Notes: a model not told the origin generated them from the sequence alone. Shown: positions 11,122-24,825, counted from the whole stretch's first letter. The stretch is DNA of 63,128 nucleotides, filler included, from Reticulomyxa filosa (GCA_000512085.1; 16 parts of 16 records of this genome joined end to end with filler, not necessarily neighbours in it), one strand, 5' to 3'. Program-made: numbers and translations.

Positions 11122-11841
11122 ATGTCTAAAAACAGAAAACAAGGATCCAATGGAACAAAAAGTGGAGATGAAACACCGAAAACAGAGACAAAACAACCAT
11201 ATGACTACTTAATTGACCAAATCGCGTTTTACGGAGCCTACCACAGCACCCTGGGAAACCAGATCATCCATATCATATTTGTGCCAGTGATATTGATCAC
11301 TGCATTGTCGATGCTGTCATTTGTGAAGATATTGATGCAGCCAGTAAATTTTTTGTGGTTTGGTGGTGAAATCTTACACACCAACACGCCTCTCTTCATT
11401 ATTTTTGTATTAATGTATCCTGCTACCTATGTCTACATTGACTTCTATTCCGGTTTGAGTTGGTTGCCAATGGCTTCATTTGTATGGTTTGCGGCTATGT
11501 TCTTGGTTGACAGTTAATTGTCAATAGTAAAAATTTTTGGACAATCTGAAAAAAGTAGTTTTTTTTTACATGTATTGCGAATAGATTTGAAATGGCCAAT
11601 AAGCTCGCTGCTGTTACTCCACTCTGTGGCTTGGATTTTTCAATTTATTGGACATGGGGTCATTGAAAGAAGAAAGCCAGCATTGCTCGACAATTTGTAT
11701 CAGTCAATTGTCTTGGCGCCATTTTTTGTATGGTTTGAAACTGTGCTTTTTCCTTTGGGTTACGGAAATTCAGTTGGCCTGAAAAGGAATATTACAAGAA
11801 AAGTCAAAGAACTGCAAGTGAAACTTGACAACAAACCATAA
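11122..11841 (+). CDS. MPO1: Mpo1/DUF962-family membrane protein (2-hydroxy fatty acid dioxygenase-like), 2 exons
   Basis: FYGAYHSTLGNQIIHIIFVP and WIFQFIGHGVIERRKPALLDNLYQSIVLAPFFVWFE motifs. Intron at about 11513-11585. Confidence 0.88.
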
Positions 11842-12001
11842 TTTTCACAAACCACGTGGCTTGACAATTTGTCAGAATTAACTTTTGTGTGTTAGGTCTA
11901 ATTAAAATTAAGCATTAGGTAAAGGAATTTTCTTTTGTTTTTCTAAAACGTAAATCAGACTTTTCGCATATGTTCGGTCTCCAGCCTCAATCTCTTAAAC
12001 T

Positions 12002-15000
12002 TTAATTTTGTGGATAATACATCCTCACTTTGGAATGCCCTTGTGCATCTTTAAACACTTGATAAGCACCATCCTTTTCGTCTTTGATCATTTCTGCAAA
12101 TTTTACATCATGTGTAATTACTATCAGTTGAAAGTTTTGATCTCTTCGTCTCTTAATAACTGTTTTTAGTGCAATGGCTAATGATTCAATGTTTTTTGTA
12201 TCTAAGTTTGTCGTAGGTTCGTCAAGGGCAATTACTCCGCAGTTAATACATAAACACTCTGCTAATGACAATCGTATTAACAAACTTGCCAATACTTTTT
12301 GTCCAGCTGAGCATCGTCCACGCATGTCTAACATAGTATTTCTTTGATACATTACAACCGAGTAATTGTAATTTCTTCTTTTGTCTATCGCTTGTGTCGA
12401 TTGGATTTCGATAAAATCAATGTCCCCTCCATGATAGGTTTGTTGCCATAATTCTTTCAATACAGCATTAATTTCTCTCATTTGTTGTGTATGAAATTGG
12501 ATTAATGAGTGATCCAACGCGTTATGAAACTTAGCTGTGATTGGTACAGTAGACAAAGCAAAGTCAACACAAATATAAATAAAATAATGTTATTTTTTTC
12601 TTGTCATACATCCCCGCTATGCATTCGTTTGCTTAGAGAGTGACACAAGCATTTTCTTGATCAAAAGCCCAAACTTAGATCTTTAATTGCCAACTTAGTA
12701 GTTTCTGCTCGAATTGTTTGTTCTCGAAAATTGTTTTCTATGTTTACGTATTTTTCTGATTTTAATTGTTGCATCAACTCACACGCTTTACGTTTTTCAG
12801 ATTCAATCATCCCTTCCGCTTTGGACTTACGGGATCGAATATCATTAATTTGCCTTTTTTTGTGTGTTGCACATAGAAAGTAGAACGAGAGATAAGGTTA
12901 TAATTTCAACAAACACAAAATTTGAAGTATTTTGTTAACTGACAAATGGTACTTATTTCGGTTTGAATTGCCTCCAAATCTCCGAGCGATGTCGCTTTCT
13001 GCTGTAGTTCTTGGATATCCTTCATAAACATGAAAATGGGATTCGATTATTAGTTAAAAAAAAGATCAAAGAAAAACAAAGAGGGATAAGTCTTTCAAAA
13101 CTGTTCGTTTTTCTTGTCTTTTTTTTTGAAGATCTCTGTATTCCAAATTGGCTTTAATATCCCGAACACTAGTTTCAATTTTTGACAAATATGATTCCTG
13201 CTCTTTAATTTTAATAGTGAGTTCATTTTCCTGTGCTTTCAACGTTTCCAATGCAATTTTAATTTTTTCAACAGAGTCAGTGACTGATCTGATTTCGGAC
13301 AATTGTTGCTGCAATCGTTGATATTCACCATAAATGCGCTGCAATTTTTCACTGTCATTTCGAGTTTGTTGTTTTTTCGTCATAAAGTCTTGTATATCTA
13401 TTTGCAACGTTGATCAGTATTAACAACAACAACAACAATAAAAAAGCAGGCTTTTGTTTTATGTCCTTCCCGGACGACAAAAGACATACTCTTTTCGCTC
13501 AATTCTTTTTGTTCTTGTTTTTGGTTGTTTAATTGAACAAGTATTTCTTCTATCGGATCAATTGTGAGCTGTAAGGTCTTGAGTTCCGCTTGAATGTCAC
13601 TATTGCCCATCAAAGTCAACCAATCACCAATCAACAAATTTTTTTAAAAAAAAATGGACAAACAAAAATGTGACACACAAAAAACAAGCCAAACAAACAA
13701 AATAAACTTTTCTTTTTGAATGCAATCTTGGATGGAGCTTTCAAATTTATTTTTTTTTGCAATGGAGTGAGAAAGATTATTGGCCTGTTCATGCAGCTGC
13801 ACTAAACGCGAAGTCAAGCGTTGTGTTTCTTCCTCAATGCAACGGATCTCCTTGGCACGCTTTTCGATCTCTTGAGTCAATTCATTGCACTCCTTTTCTG
13901 CTATTTTGTATTCGCCTTGTAGCCGACTAATACTTTTTGCTTCATCCCCTTCGGTATTTTCATTATCCAGCTGCGCCCGCAATTGCGCTAATTCCTTGGA
14001 GATCCTATCCATTTGTGCAAGTTGCAAAGATATCGCGGCTGTCTTTTGAAGCAGTGCCTGAGTAATTGCAAATTTTGCCTGTGACTCGTTTTGACAAGTT
14101 TGGAGCTCATGCAGCTTGTCACTCGCCTGTATTTGTATATCATAACAACTTGGTTTCATTTATTTATGTTTATTTTTTATTTTTTTTTTTTGTGGTAAAA
14201 ACATTAGACTTTAGCATAACCTCCTTTTGAGATTGTCTTTTTTCCATTATTTCTTTGTCAATGCTTTCTATCTGTTGTTGACTTCTATTGATTCGTTCGA
14301 GCAGTGGTCTTTTTGCTTCCAAGCCTTCCAAGTGTTCTTTATCTTTCCTCATTTCTTCTCAGAGAGTGCACATTAAACAAAATTATTATTATTATTGTTT
14401 AATACCCCTTTAAACTGTTGTATAACATATAAATGTTGGCAAGTACGTACCTTTTTCATGTGCATTGATCACATTGTTTTGTTCCAACACTTTCATACGG
14501 TTGTCATTCTCACTAAGGAAACGATTCAATTCATCATCATCACCAAATTTGCGACGGCAAACAGGACATAAATGTTTTTTTTTTGCAATCTGTCAACGTT
14601 CAGAAAGGTTGGAGGAATGGTGTCATTTTCACATACAAAAAAGATGCTAAGCATATGTGTATGTGTGTGTGTTAATTCATAACGCTGTTAAATTGAATGT
14701 ACATTGTCGTCGCACTACTACTTATTGCAAACTGATCAGTTGATTGCTTAAGTTTTTCCTTTGCTTGTTCAATTTCTTGATCCAAATCCTTCCCCATGTA
14801 ACATCATTGTTTAAAACAACAAAAAATTTAAAAACTACCATTTTGTTGTTTTATTGTCTTTGTTTGTGTTTTAAGTTTTGCAATATGAAGATAATCATAG
14901 CATGGCAACAACAGATTCAAACTTCTGCTTGTTTAGCATCCGAAGAGTTACAAATTTCCATATCACGAGTAATTTGCTCTTTCAATTTATTTTTTTCGTC

Positions 15001-17987
15001 TTCCATCCTCTGTGTTCATTTCATTGTCATTGCCAGTATACATATATATACATTTTTTTGTTTGGTTTTGGTTTTTGCAAAGAAAAAGAAAAAGAAAAAG
15101 AAATGAGAAGATTATCTACAAACTGCGATGGTAGATTCATAACCAGCCAGTTTATGCTTGATATCTTCGACATTTTTGTATTGTTGCTCGATACTCGTTT
15201 TCAATGAATCATATTGAACCCTGAGATGTTTATCCAATTCTTCGATGGGAGGGCAATCATCTAGTACATTGGCAACATCTCCTTTAATGTCGTTCCATAT
15301 TTCGTCCAACTCTTTCTTCATTCGCTCAATGTTTTCTTCTTTTTCGCTCAATTTGCCAGCCAAGGTTGACTAGTCATGTTTTATTTTTTATTTTTCTCCT
15401 TTCAATTTCCCTTGCTTGACCAATTTTTTTTTTTAACAAGCAACCTCATTTTGTAAAGTCTGCATTTCCCTTAATAACTCTATCATCGATTGCTGGGATT
15501 GTTGTTTTTTCTTTTCCAGGTCTTTCATCTCGTTTTTGAGGTCTTGGACAGCATTGGTTGCATTGTGCTCCTTTTGTTTGATGTTCCAGGTATTGTATTT
15601 AGCTTTTGCTATCATTCTTGTTTTTCTTAGTGTAAAACGAAAAAAAGTGTTTTTCTCTGCAAAACATCAAATTTTGATTTGGTGGCAGCAATGGCATTGT
15701 CAATATCTTCATTTCCTTTCAAAAGAGCTTCTACAGCTTTCAATTCAGTTTCAAATTCCTTTTTTTTATTCACGTTCTCTTGAGCTTGAATTTTTCTGAA
15801 ATCGACACAACAGTATTATTTGCACTTCTCTTTGGCAACCAATCAGTTTTGTGAGTTTTTTTATTTTCCTTTAAAAAATTAAAAATCGAAACAGAAATTG
15901 TAGTCTCGCACGATGCTCGTCTCTCTGTTCAGTATTAGTTTGTATTGACGCTTGCAGAGATTTACCGCGCTCAGCGTGTTTTTGCTTTTCCGAGATTATC
16001 ATCGTATCGAGTGATTTCAGTAGTTTGGTCAAAGCAGTTGAAACTTCTATCACAACATCAGTCCTCTCATCAATGTTATTACTTTTTTTTTTTTTTTTGT
16101 GTTTATTACTGAAATAGGTATTTCTTTGTTGTTTTTTTTTAAAAGAACGCATCAAACTTGGAGTGAGGTTTGGAATTGAGTTCGGTGTGCTTGGTGTAAG
16201 AGTATCAAGAGGCTCGTCACTGAAGTTTGTCAATTGATTGTTTGTTATTATGCTATTAATGATTGACCTCAATTCCTCTTGTTTTGAATTGAAATCATTT
16301 TGAACGTGCATCAACTGTCCTTCTTTTCGTATTATATCTTCCCACTTTAAGTATTAATTTAATAATTGTGTCATATTTTTTTTTTTGGTTTTATATTGTT
16401 TGATTTTTTTTTTTTAGAAGACAAACCTGGTTTTTCATAGAGGCAAGTTTGGATGCAACTTGCTCCCTTTCCGTGATTATTCCATTCACTTCGTGGGTCT
16501 TGGTTTCTTTCCCCATTGAGTTATTAGCCAAAAATTCTTCCAATTCATCATCTTTTTCTGTGTTTGGATCAAAACAGGAAACAAATAAGTAAAAAGCAGC
16601 TAAGCAGATAAAAGAAGCAAAAATGGTCAAAATACCATCATATTCAGACTCCATTCTGTTGTAAGCTGCTTCCGCCGCTTTCTTTAAATGATCAAAATCT
16701 CTTTTTGCGGTATCAATTTTATTACGAATCTCTTGTAGTTTTGCTTGTTTTTCACGTAACGGCCTGAAGTATAAAAAAAAGTTGTTTATTTTCAAAAATA
16801 TGTACGCAAGTGCAAAGAGTGTTATGTTTCCAATTTGTTTAAGCAAAACTCCAAAGAGCTTTCAAGTTCGGCCAATTTTTCATCACATTTCGTGATTATT
16901 TCGTGAGAGCTTGCCATTCTGGTTTTGGTTTCGTCCAGGTCACTTTGCAACTGTGTTCGTCCCCAAAGTAGTCATTACAACATCCTTACTCCTCAAAAAA
17001 AAAAAAAAAAAAGAAAGGATTCATTAAAGCAAATATTGTAATAATATACTATCGAACAACAAATAAGTGTTTGGAAAGTTACACAAGTGATGGCTCACAA
17101 CAAACCTTGTGTGCGTGATCTAGGTTGTTGGTGATGACTTTCAAATCAGATTCAACATCTTTTAAGTCAACATTTAATTTTTTCTGATACTCTGACACTT
17201 GTGTCAATGCCTTACTCCATCTATTTTCCGATTGGTTTTAAAAAAAAAAAAAAAAGAAATATAACAGAAGTATGCTGCTCAAATGTTCACAATTGGAGGA
17301 TTGCAACTTTGACAAATGGTCATTCTTCAGATCAACAAAAACAAAAAAAAAACCTGGTTGTTGCAAATATTTCGTCAAATCTTTCTTTCAACTTTTGAGA
17401 TTCTGTCAAAGGCCAGCATGAATCCTCCTGTTCATTGCGTCAACATGCAGACAAAAGTTATCGGTCTTCTTTTTTTTTTTCCTCTCTTCCTAAGCAAGTA
17501 AAGTGACTTGATGGCAAAACAACACATTTTCCAAAATAGCTTTGGAAACACCCATCAATTCTGGAATCATTTTTTTCATGTCGGCGCATTTTTGAGACAC
17601 AGACACAATTTTTTGAGTCCCTTCGTCCCACTTTTTTACAACACTGTCCAGCGTTTTGAATTCGGACTTGGTTTTTTTATTTGTCAATTGTAAACAGTGT
17701 ATTCCTATCACTGGCTGACCATCCCTCAATTTCAACCCAATTTTTATTTGTGCCTTCACAATACTTTCGTTACAGTGCTTGGGGTCATGCAAAAATGTTC
17801 TTCCACGGTCAGTTAGTGGTGGAGGCTCACCAGTACATGCATACTTCAATGCTTCAATTATTGTTGTTTTACCACTGCCGTTGTGACCAATGATCATTGT
17901 CAACGGGTGGAAAAAACGAATAACTACAGGAGATTGAGAATCATAGGAACGAATTCCTGAAATTAAAAGTTTATCAATTGTTGTCAT
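12002..17987 (-). CDS. RAD50: DNA repair protein RAD50 (multi-exon)
   Basis: N-terminus [12 protein letters not shown], Walker [25 protein letters not shown]|EDSCWPL, zinc hook [10 protein letters not shown] (~14550-14575), long coiled coils, signature [10 protein letters not shown], Walker [19 protein letters not shown]. Confidence 0.97.
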
Positions 17988-18556
17988 GGGATACTACGCA
18001 ATGCAAAGATGAACTAAAGAAAGCATGGAATATTACAAGGAAATTTGAGTTTTTTCAAGAAGCAAAAACCAGTGCTTTTTGTGAACGTTTTTTTACAATA
18101 TTTATCTTCTATGTATGTATAAAATGAACTCACCAGTGTTGTCTTTTTTTGGAAGAGACCTATAGCCATAATTTAAGTGGATAATTTACTCCAATTTTTC
18201 GAAAAGGTTGGGTTCGCACAGCAAATAAAGGGATGTTGTTATTAATTGTCTCTATTTTGACGTAGAGTGTTTTATGTCCTTCCAAGATAGACAAATTTTG
18301 GTTCGCAATAACAAAAAGTTGTGGCCAATATCTAAAAATATTTAACAAAATAACAAATAAAAAAGACAATGTGTTTATATAATATGAAAGATTTAATCTG
18401 TGATTTCAAAACTTCTTCAAAAATTACACGAGTTGTGAAGTTATGAAGTGTTTAATGTTAAGTTTTTGTCATTTGAAAAACGGCACCGGGACAAAGCTGT
18501 TGACAGTTGTACCTTGTTTTTTGAAAATTGTTTAATAGAAATTTCTGTATTCTGAA

Positions 18557-19216
18557 ATGGCCAAAGCTGAAACCAAATCAAACAAGCAAGCGATACCAAT
18601 TGAACAACTTCCTCCTGTTCAATTACTTCAGCTGAAAGAACAAGTGGAGCAGGCATGTTTTCCCTCTTACACTGCCCTGTCAATGTATACAAGAAGTAAA
18701 CAAACAATAAACAGCAACAACAATTTCACGAACAAAACTATCAAACCTTAGTGATGGCTAAAAATCGCTATCAAGCATCAAAAGATGTCTTGGATAGAAT
18801 GAAAGCGGACAACAGCAACAAACAAACTTTGATACCATTGACTGACAGCTTGTACATCCCGGCCAAGCTCACCACAAGCAAAGTATTAGTGGACTTGGGA
18901 GTAGGATACTTTGCAGAGAGAACTCCGAAACAGGCCCAAGGATATTTTGAGAGAAAAATAGTCGTTTGGTGTACTGCGTTCTTTTTATTTATTCTTGTAT
19001 ATGTGTATAATTTTTCGGGACACGTTTCAAGCTCAGTATGATGTTTGTGTTTTAAATGGTTGTTCACAGTTGGTTGGAGAAAAAATTGAACAAGTTCGAA
19101 AAGCAATCGACCAAGACGAAAATAGTATTGCCCAGATTGACGGAGTGTTGTTGCAAAGACAAAAAGAACTCATGGCAGTACGTAATATTCAAGAAAATGC
19201 TAGTGTCATCAATTGA
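18557..19216 (+). CDS. PFDN5: Prefoldin subunit 5 (alpha type), 3 exons
   Basis: LIPLTDSLYIPAKL...VLVDLGVGYFAE...AQGYFERKI. First intron is best modelled as GC-AG, 18653-18714. Confidence 0.9.
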
Positions 19217-19772
19217 TGGTTGGCTTTTGCTTTTTCTTTTTTTGTCAATTAAGAATTATTACTCTTCTTTGAAGATTTGCCATTCAGCCAATTTTTGTTT
19301 GGGAGATTCTTCGTCGCTCACTTTGTTTGTCAAACCTGTTTTGACATATTCCTTCAACCCAACTGATCTTAAACATAGTTAGAATTGCAAATTTTGATCT
19401 TTTTCAAATTTAGATCGCATATTCCATTACTGAAGACTTCTTCAGGAGAGACAGGGATGACTCTAGAACCTCTTATTTTTAAGCATAAACAAATATTTGT
19501 GCCCTCTGTCTTTGTTCTGTTTTACTTTATGTGTAAGCCAGTCATAACCAATTGTTTTTTGTAGTACGAGTAAAAAATATTTTGAACGTTTAAAAGAGTG
19601 TAGTGGGGGGGACCTACGACAACAAAACCCTACAAAGTTCCTTGTTTTTTTCCGTGAAACTTGTTTCAGATCATTCTGGGAATAGTCTTTTGTGTTGAGC
19701 TCAAAACGTTTAATTTTGTTAGAGCAATCCACATCAACTCATTTTTATTGTGTAAAATTGTATTGAATCGAA

Positions 19773-20782
19773 ATGAGCACCAGTTCAAAACATGAGAACG
19801 CATTAGTTGACGGGGAATACGTTGACGTGAACCCGGAAGTGTTAGAAGCGAGCATGGTAAATGGCACTCGCAATACTCGACGAAAGTCGATGACAGAGCT
19901 GAAGCGCCTCAGCCAAAGCAGCCGCAACAGTGAAAAGTCGAACAAAATGGAGGACGTTGACAGGCAAGAATTGCGTGAAATGTTGGAATTGAAGCACTAC
20001 CACGAGTACATGCGTGAGTTGATGACAATATGGAAGAATACATTGTCAAAGAAGCGAGTCCAAATCGGCAACGACATTTTGGAGTGTGTAAGTCAAAATG
20101 AAAGCAAAGTGGAAATTTCATCGAACGACGTGGACAATACAAAAGAGGAATTGGGAAAGCAGATACTGTTTTGGTTATCAAGTTGCATATCTCGAATAAA
20201 TGAGCCTCATCAGTTTAAAATGTTTTTTATATTACAAAAAAACATTTTAAAGAATGCATAAAAAAAATAAAATAAATAGTTTATTGCGAGAAATTGAAAA
20301 ATTAAAGCAAGCAGGATTGAACGAAAAACAGTTGGACAAAATTTTGAAACGAATATTAAATCATTTGTCTGACCACAAGTTGTTTGATTTCAAAATTAAA
20401 GAGATGTTCGATGAAATTTGTTTCCAGCTGCTGATTTTATTTAGTGTATGCTATTTCTTCTCTCCTTGCATTTGTGTGCAACAGCCAATAAATAATAATA
20501 ATAATAAAAAGCACTTATTTTTTTGACATATGCATGTGCTACTAAACTTTGTAAAAAAAACAAAAAAAAAAAAAAAAAAAAACAGCCTCCCAAATGTGAA
20601 AAAATGCCCAATACAACTGGTGGCGATTGTACCCAAGGATGTAAAACCAAGCAACACTCAAAATCCTTTTCATGGGTTCGTTCTTGGAAAACAGACACGT
20701 GACGACCCCATTCCTGTTTGTGAGTCGTGTCAACAACGACTGATATTGGAAGATGTTTACTTTCAATGTCCACAGTGCGGAC
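19773..20782 (+). CDS. Uncharacterised protein with a C1-like (PKC-type) zinc-binding domain, truncated by gap
   Basis: HGF-x13-CESC-x12-CPQCG just before the spacer fits the first part of the C1 domain H-C-C-C-C pattern. Confidence 0.5.
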
Positions 20783-20882
20783 NNNNNNNNNNNNNNNNNN
20801 NNNNNNNNNNNNNNNNNNNNNNNNNNTTAATTAATTAANNNNNNNNNNNNNNNNNNNNNNNNNNNNNNNNNNNNNNNNNNNN
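20783..20882. other. Artificial contig spacer N44-TTAATTAATTAA-N44 (first of 15)
   Basis: Identical 100-bp spacers with stops in all six frames start at 20783, 22212, 26069, 30720, 35888, 37375, 39590, 41766, 46031, 47343, 50938, 53288, 55174, 56674 and 58635. Confidence 0.99.
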
Positions 20883-21688
20883 TGCCTCATTCGCTCAAGT
20901 AGTTCAATTCATTGAAATAACTACCGCGAAAAAAAGAAAGTAACTTTTGGAAGTCTTTTTTAAATGCCCTGTTATATACATATAAAATCAATTTGTATCT
21001 GAATGATACAATAATCCCAATCCTCTCGCTATTACAAAAGCTTTATCACACAAAAATATCAAATGTGTGAGTGAAAGAGGGAGGAGAGTAACGTGGAAAA
21101 CAACAGGTTATTAATTTAATTGAAATTTTTTTATCTATTTCACCTCAAACAGTAATGATACTTTTGTTTTTGCTTTCATTAAAAGAAAGAAAAACATCAT
21201 TTCCTGTTTTATAAACGAAGAAAAAAAGGAAACACAATCACTTTTGGTAAGTCTTTCGTCACATTTTATAAAATATCAAAAATAAAAATCAGAGAAAGAG
21301 ATAAAAATAGTTATTCAAAATTGGATTTAGCTTTCTCTTGTTAAATTTGTATCTAAACAGAATTATTGCTAAATATATTGAGTATTTTGTTATTTTTTTT
21401 TTTTGGATAAAATTGAAATGCTTTATTGTAATTAATACATCACTATTCAACATAGGGCAAAAAATTTAAAATATTAAAAATCTTACAATGATTTTTACAT
21501 TAGAACAAAAATGGATGAACGAAAGCTGAAATAATAGCTAAAAAAAGATCGATTGCAAGTTTCAAAAGCCAAATATCATTCTTTTCAATCGTTGCGATCG
21601 GATACTTATATTTATTTTGTATTGAACAAATTTACTATTCTTTTTTAGATATTTTAATGCCAATACAATTTGGCATCAATACATTATT

Positions 21689-22180
21689 TCACATTGTCGA
21701 ATTTTTAGATAGAGTTAATTTATCCCTACAAATGACATTTTTATTATCATTATTATTATTATAATGATATGACGAAAATGTCACACAATTCACCAAATTT
21801 GGACATTCATCAAATAATTGAATTTGTTTGTTGTTATCAACATCATATACACAAACTGTTATATCACATGATTCAGAACAAATCAATTGACGATCATTAA
21901 ATGTTTTGTAATCAATACTTTGCAACGATCTAGTATGTACAGTCAATGTATTTAATAATTTTGATGATGCACAAAATATATTGAATATGGACATAGTATA
22001 CTGTATTATAATTATTTTATATTTTGATTTATATTTTAAAAAAAAAAAAAAAAAAGAACAAATAAAATAACATATCTGATAACAAGTTTATCAAATTCAT
22101 TAATCCAACCAAATGTAATTTGTAATGTTTGTATCCAATATCGTATGATGAATGCGATCCTTTCCATTTCTTCAAATTCA
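21689..22180 (-). pseudogene. Truncated member of the expanded WD40-repeat family
   Basis: IRYWIQTLQITFGWINEFDKLV leader, then SKLLNTLTVHTRSLQSIDY...VCVYDVDNNKQIQLF. Homologous to 59840-61225 but degenerates after about 2 repeats. Confidence 0.75.
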
Positions 22181-22379
22181 TCACCTTTATCATCACCTTT
22201 ATCATCACCTTNNNNNNNNNNNNNNNNNNNNNNNNNNNNNNNNNNNNNNNNNNNNTTAATTAATTAANNNNNNNNNNNNNNNNNNNNNNNNNNNNNNNNN
22301 NNNNNNNNNNNAAAAAAAAAAACAACATAATTATTGAATTTTGTTTTTTTCGTTTGTCCTCATCTACCTTCTATATCAA

Positions 22380-23880
22380 TGACAATTGACCAATAGATAA
22401 CAAACCTGCAGTTGAAGTATTACATTTGCCCACCGGTATCTTCAGATATTCTTTCTAACTCCAATGCAGTGTACGTCGTCTCCTTTCGTGCCTTTTTCAA
22501 TGTACGGTATTGTCTATTTTTTCAAATTTCAAAGTTCAACATTATACGTCGTTTGAAAAAAAAAAATGGTCAGATTAACTTTCTTTTCCCGCACTCGCTG
22601 TTCAATACTGGATTCTTCACTTTTGTCGTCGCTGTAGTCTGTTGCTGTCGTTTCCGGAATTGATTGAATCTTGAAAATTATCTTCGTTTGGCGAACGTAC
22701 CTTTCTCTTTGAACACTACTTTTACATTCGAACCAGGCACTCTCAATTGACATGCATCTTTTGACTACAAGTAAATATCGCACAACAAAAAAAGACAAAA
22801 AAAATCTGAAAGTAGCGGTATTGATTGGTCGTCGGGAGCCCATACGTCTATAAAGAAAGCACAAAATATCATCATATACTTAAAAAAATCATTTCTAAAC
22901 AAACAAACATTCTTATTCAATGCCAATGCTTTCTCGATCAGTGATTTGACCCGAACAAATATATTTGATCACTCTGGAATGATTCTTGGCTGGATTGAAC
23001 TTTTTCTTCAATTTTCAACTGCCTCTTTGCCTTTTCCAGCTTCTTTTTTTCTGGTTACAATCTTTTGCCTAGAGCGAAGTTGTCGGTGTTGAGTTGGATG
23101 ATTTGTCCGCGAACGCTCACGATGGCAGCACCAACGACGATATCACCTTTCAAACGTTACCTGGACGCGGTATATTTGCAAGACGATACGAAAGCGAAAA
23201 GTTTGATCCAATCTATCCAATGCAACCTGCCGCCACTCCGTTGACGAAAGCTATACGATTGTTGGGCTTGAATTGGAAGTCGCATTTGATGTTTTCGGAT
23301 CCACCACTTGAGAAATGAAGTAACCACTGCGTACGTTGACTTCAAAGTATTCTTTCTTCGCAATGTGCCATTGTGCCGCAAGAATTCTATTTGTCCAAAC
23401 CCAAACCAACGATCTCTCCTTTCGTGAAACCAGTTTCTCCTTAATATCTTTCTCTGTTGTCTGCCGTTGAACGTCGACGCCACTATTTTTTTCACACTGT
23501 ATTGAAACAAACATAACTATGATAATACAAAGTAATGATAACTGTTTTTTTTTCTAGTGAACTTATTCCATCATGACAAAGTCAGCCACTCCAATTCATT
23601 TACTAACACCTTTACGACCGCGAGCCAATTTAACACTGTCGCCAACTTTGATCTTTTTTTTCTCAATCGATCATATCATCGTGGTCATCGGCACTCCTTG
23701 CCATTCACACTACATTGTTTGCAGACGGCTGCCACTCATCCAATGCAATCCAGTCCCAATCGCGCCGTTTCTTGTTCCAGTCCAGCTCGCTCCAATCAGC
23801 ACATATCTTGAAATTTCCACTGGTCCAATAAAGCGCTCGAATTTCTTGGGCATTTTTCACGTCATTCTGCCCACTTCTTC
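22380..23880 (-). pseudogene. Multi-CAP-Gly domain pseudogene with an internal inverted segment
   Basis: Minus-strand fragments RFIGPVE, IALDEWQPSANN, KIKVGDSVKLARGRKGV..IGVADF, GEIVGLGLD, HNGTL..KEYF..GYFI and VIKYI..SIGIE are interrupted by stops and frameshifts. Plus-strand EVVGVELDDLSANAHDGS...GRGIFARR lies at about 23076-23190. Confidence 0.7.
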
Positions 23881-24474
23881 TTGAACAGTGCGCTCATGCG
23901 CATTCAACGTTTATGGGACAAAATCCCATTTTTTCTTTTTCAATTCCCCTCCCCCTTCTAACATTTTCTTCATCTTTTTTTTTATCTTTTACTTTTCTTT
24001 TTTTTCTTTTTTCTCATTGTCTTTTTTTAATTTTTTTTTTCTTTTTCATTTCTAACTTTTTTTTTTCTTTTCTCATTCTTCACTCTTATTTTTTTCATTT
24101 TTCTTAACAAAATTTTTTCCCCCCTTTTTAATATCTATTTTTTCCCATCCTTTTTTTTCAATCATTTTTTTCCCCATCCTTTTTTTCCCCATCCTTTTTT
24201 CCCCCAAATTTTCACCCTCTTAAATAAAAAAAAATATACTTTTGCCGATGAGCTAAAAGCTCAATTTCCAATCAACATATAATTTTTTTTTTCTTGTCAC
24301 GGGAAAGGGGGAACAAACAATTTTTTTTTTTATTGTCATGCATATTGACAAACAAACATCTTATTAAAAAAAAACACAAGAAAAAAAAACAAGCAAATCA
24401 TTTTCTTTTTTTTTTCAATGTGGTGTGGCTTCAACTGAAGTTTTTTCTTTGGTCGGGGACGTATATTTTTTATT

Positions 24475-24825
24475 TTTTTATAGATGGGGCTGCGGCTGTA
24501 ATTGAAAAAAACACAAAGTTAATTCGTAAAAAAAAATTTATATAAATATATAACATACCTTTACTTCTCCTTGCGGAGACGGGGGGCCTTACCCCAAATT
24601 CAATTTTTTTTTTCTTTTGCTTAAGGATGCAAAGCATCCAAATGAAAATTTTTTTTTTTGATAGATGGGCTGCGGCTATTATCAAAGAAAAATAAAGTTA
24701 ATTTGCAAAAAATATATGTAATAAATATATAACAAACCATTATTTCTCCTTGCGGAGACGGAGGCCTTGCCCCAAATTCAATTTTTTCTTTTCTTTTGCT
24801 GAGGGATGCAAAGCATCCAAATAAC
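24475..24825. repeat. Tandem direct duplication of a ~180-bp unit containing short hairpins
   Basis: Copies at about 24478-24643 and 24660-24823 share tagatgg(g)gctgcggct...tctccttgcggagacgg..gcctt.ccccaaattcaa...ggatgcaaagcatccaaat. Confidence 0.9.

Noticed and set aside
20783-20882. Recurring palindrome TTAATTAATTAA flanked by N runs, resembling a regularly spaced repeat or CRISPR-like array
   Set aside because: Artificial six-frame-stop spacer of fixed 100-bp length; not biological.
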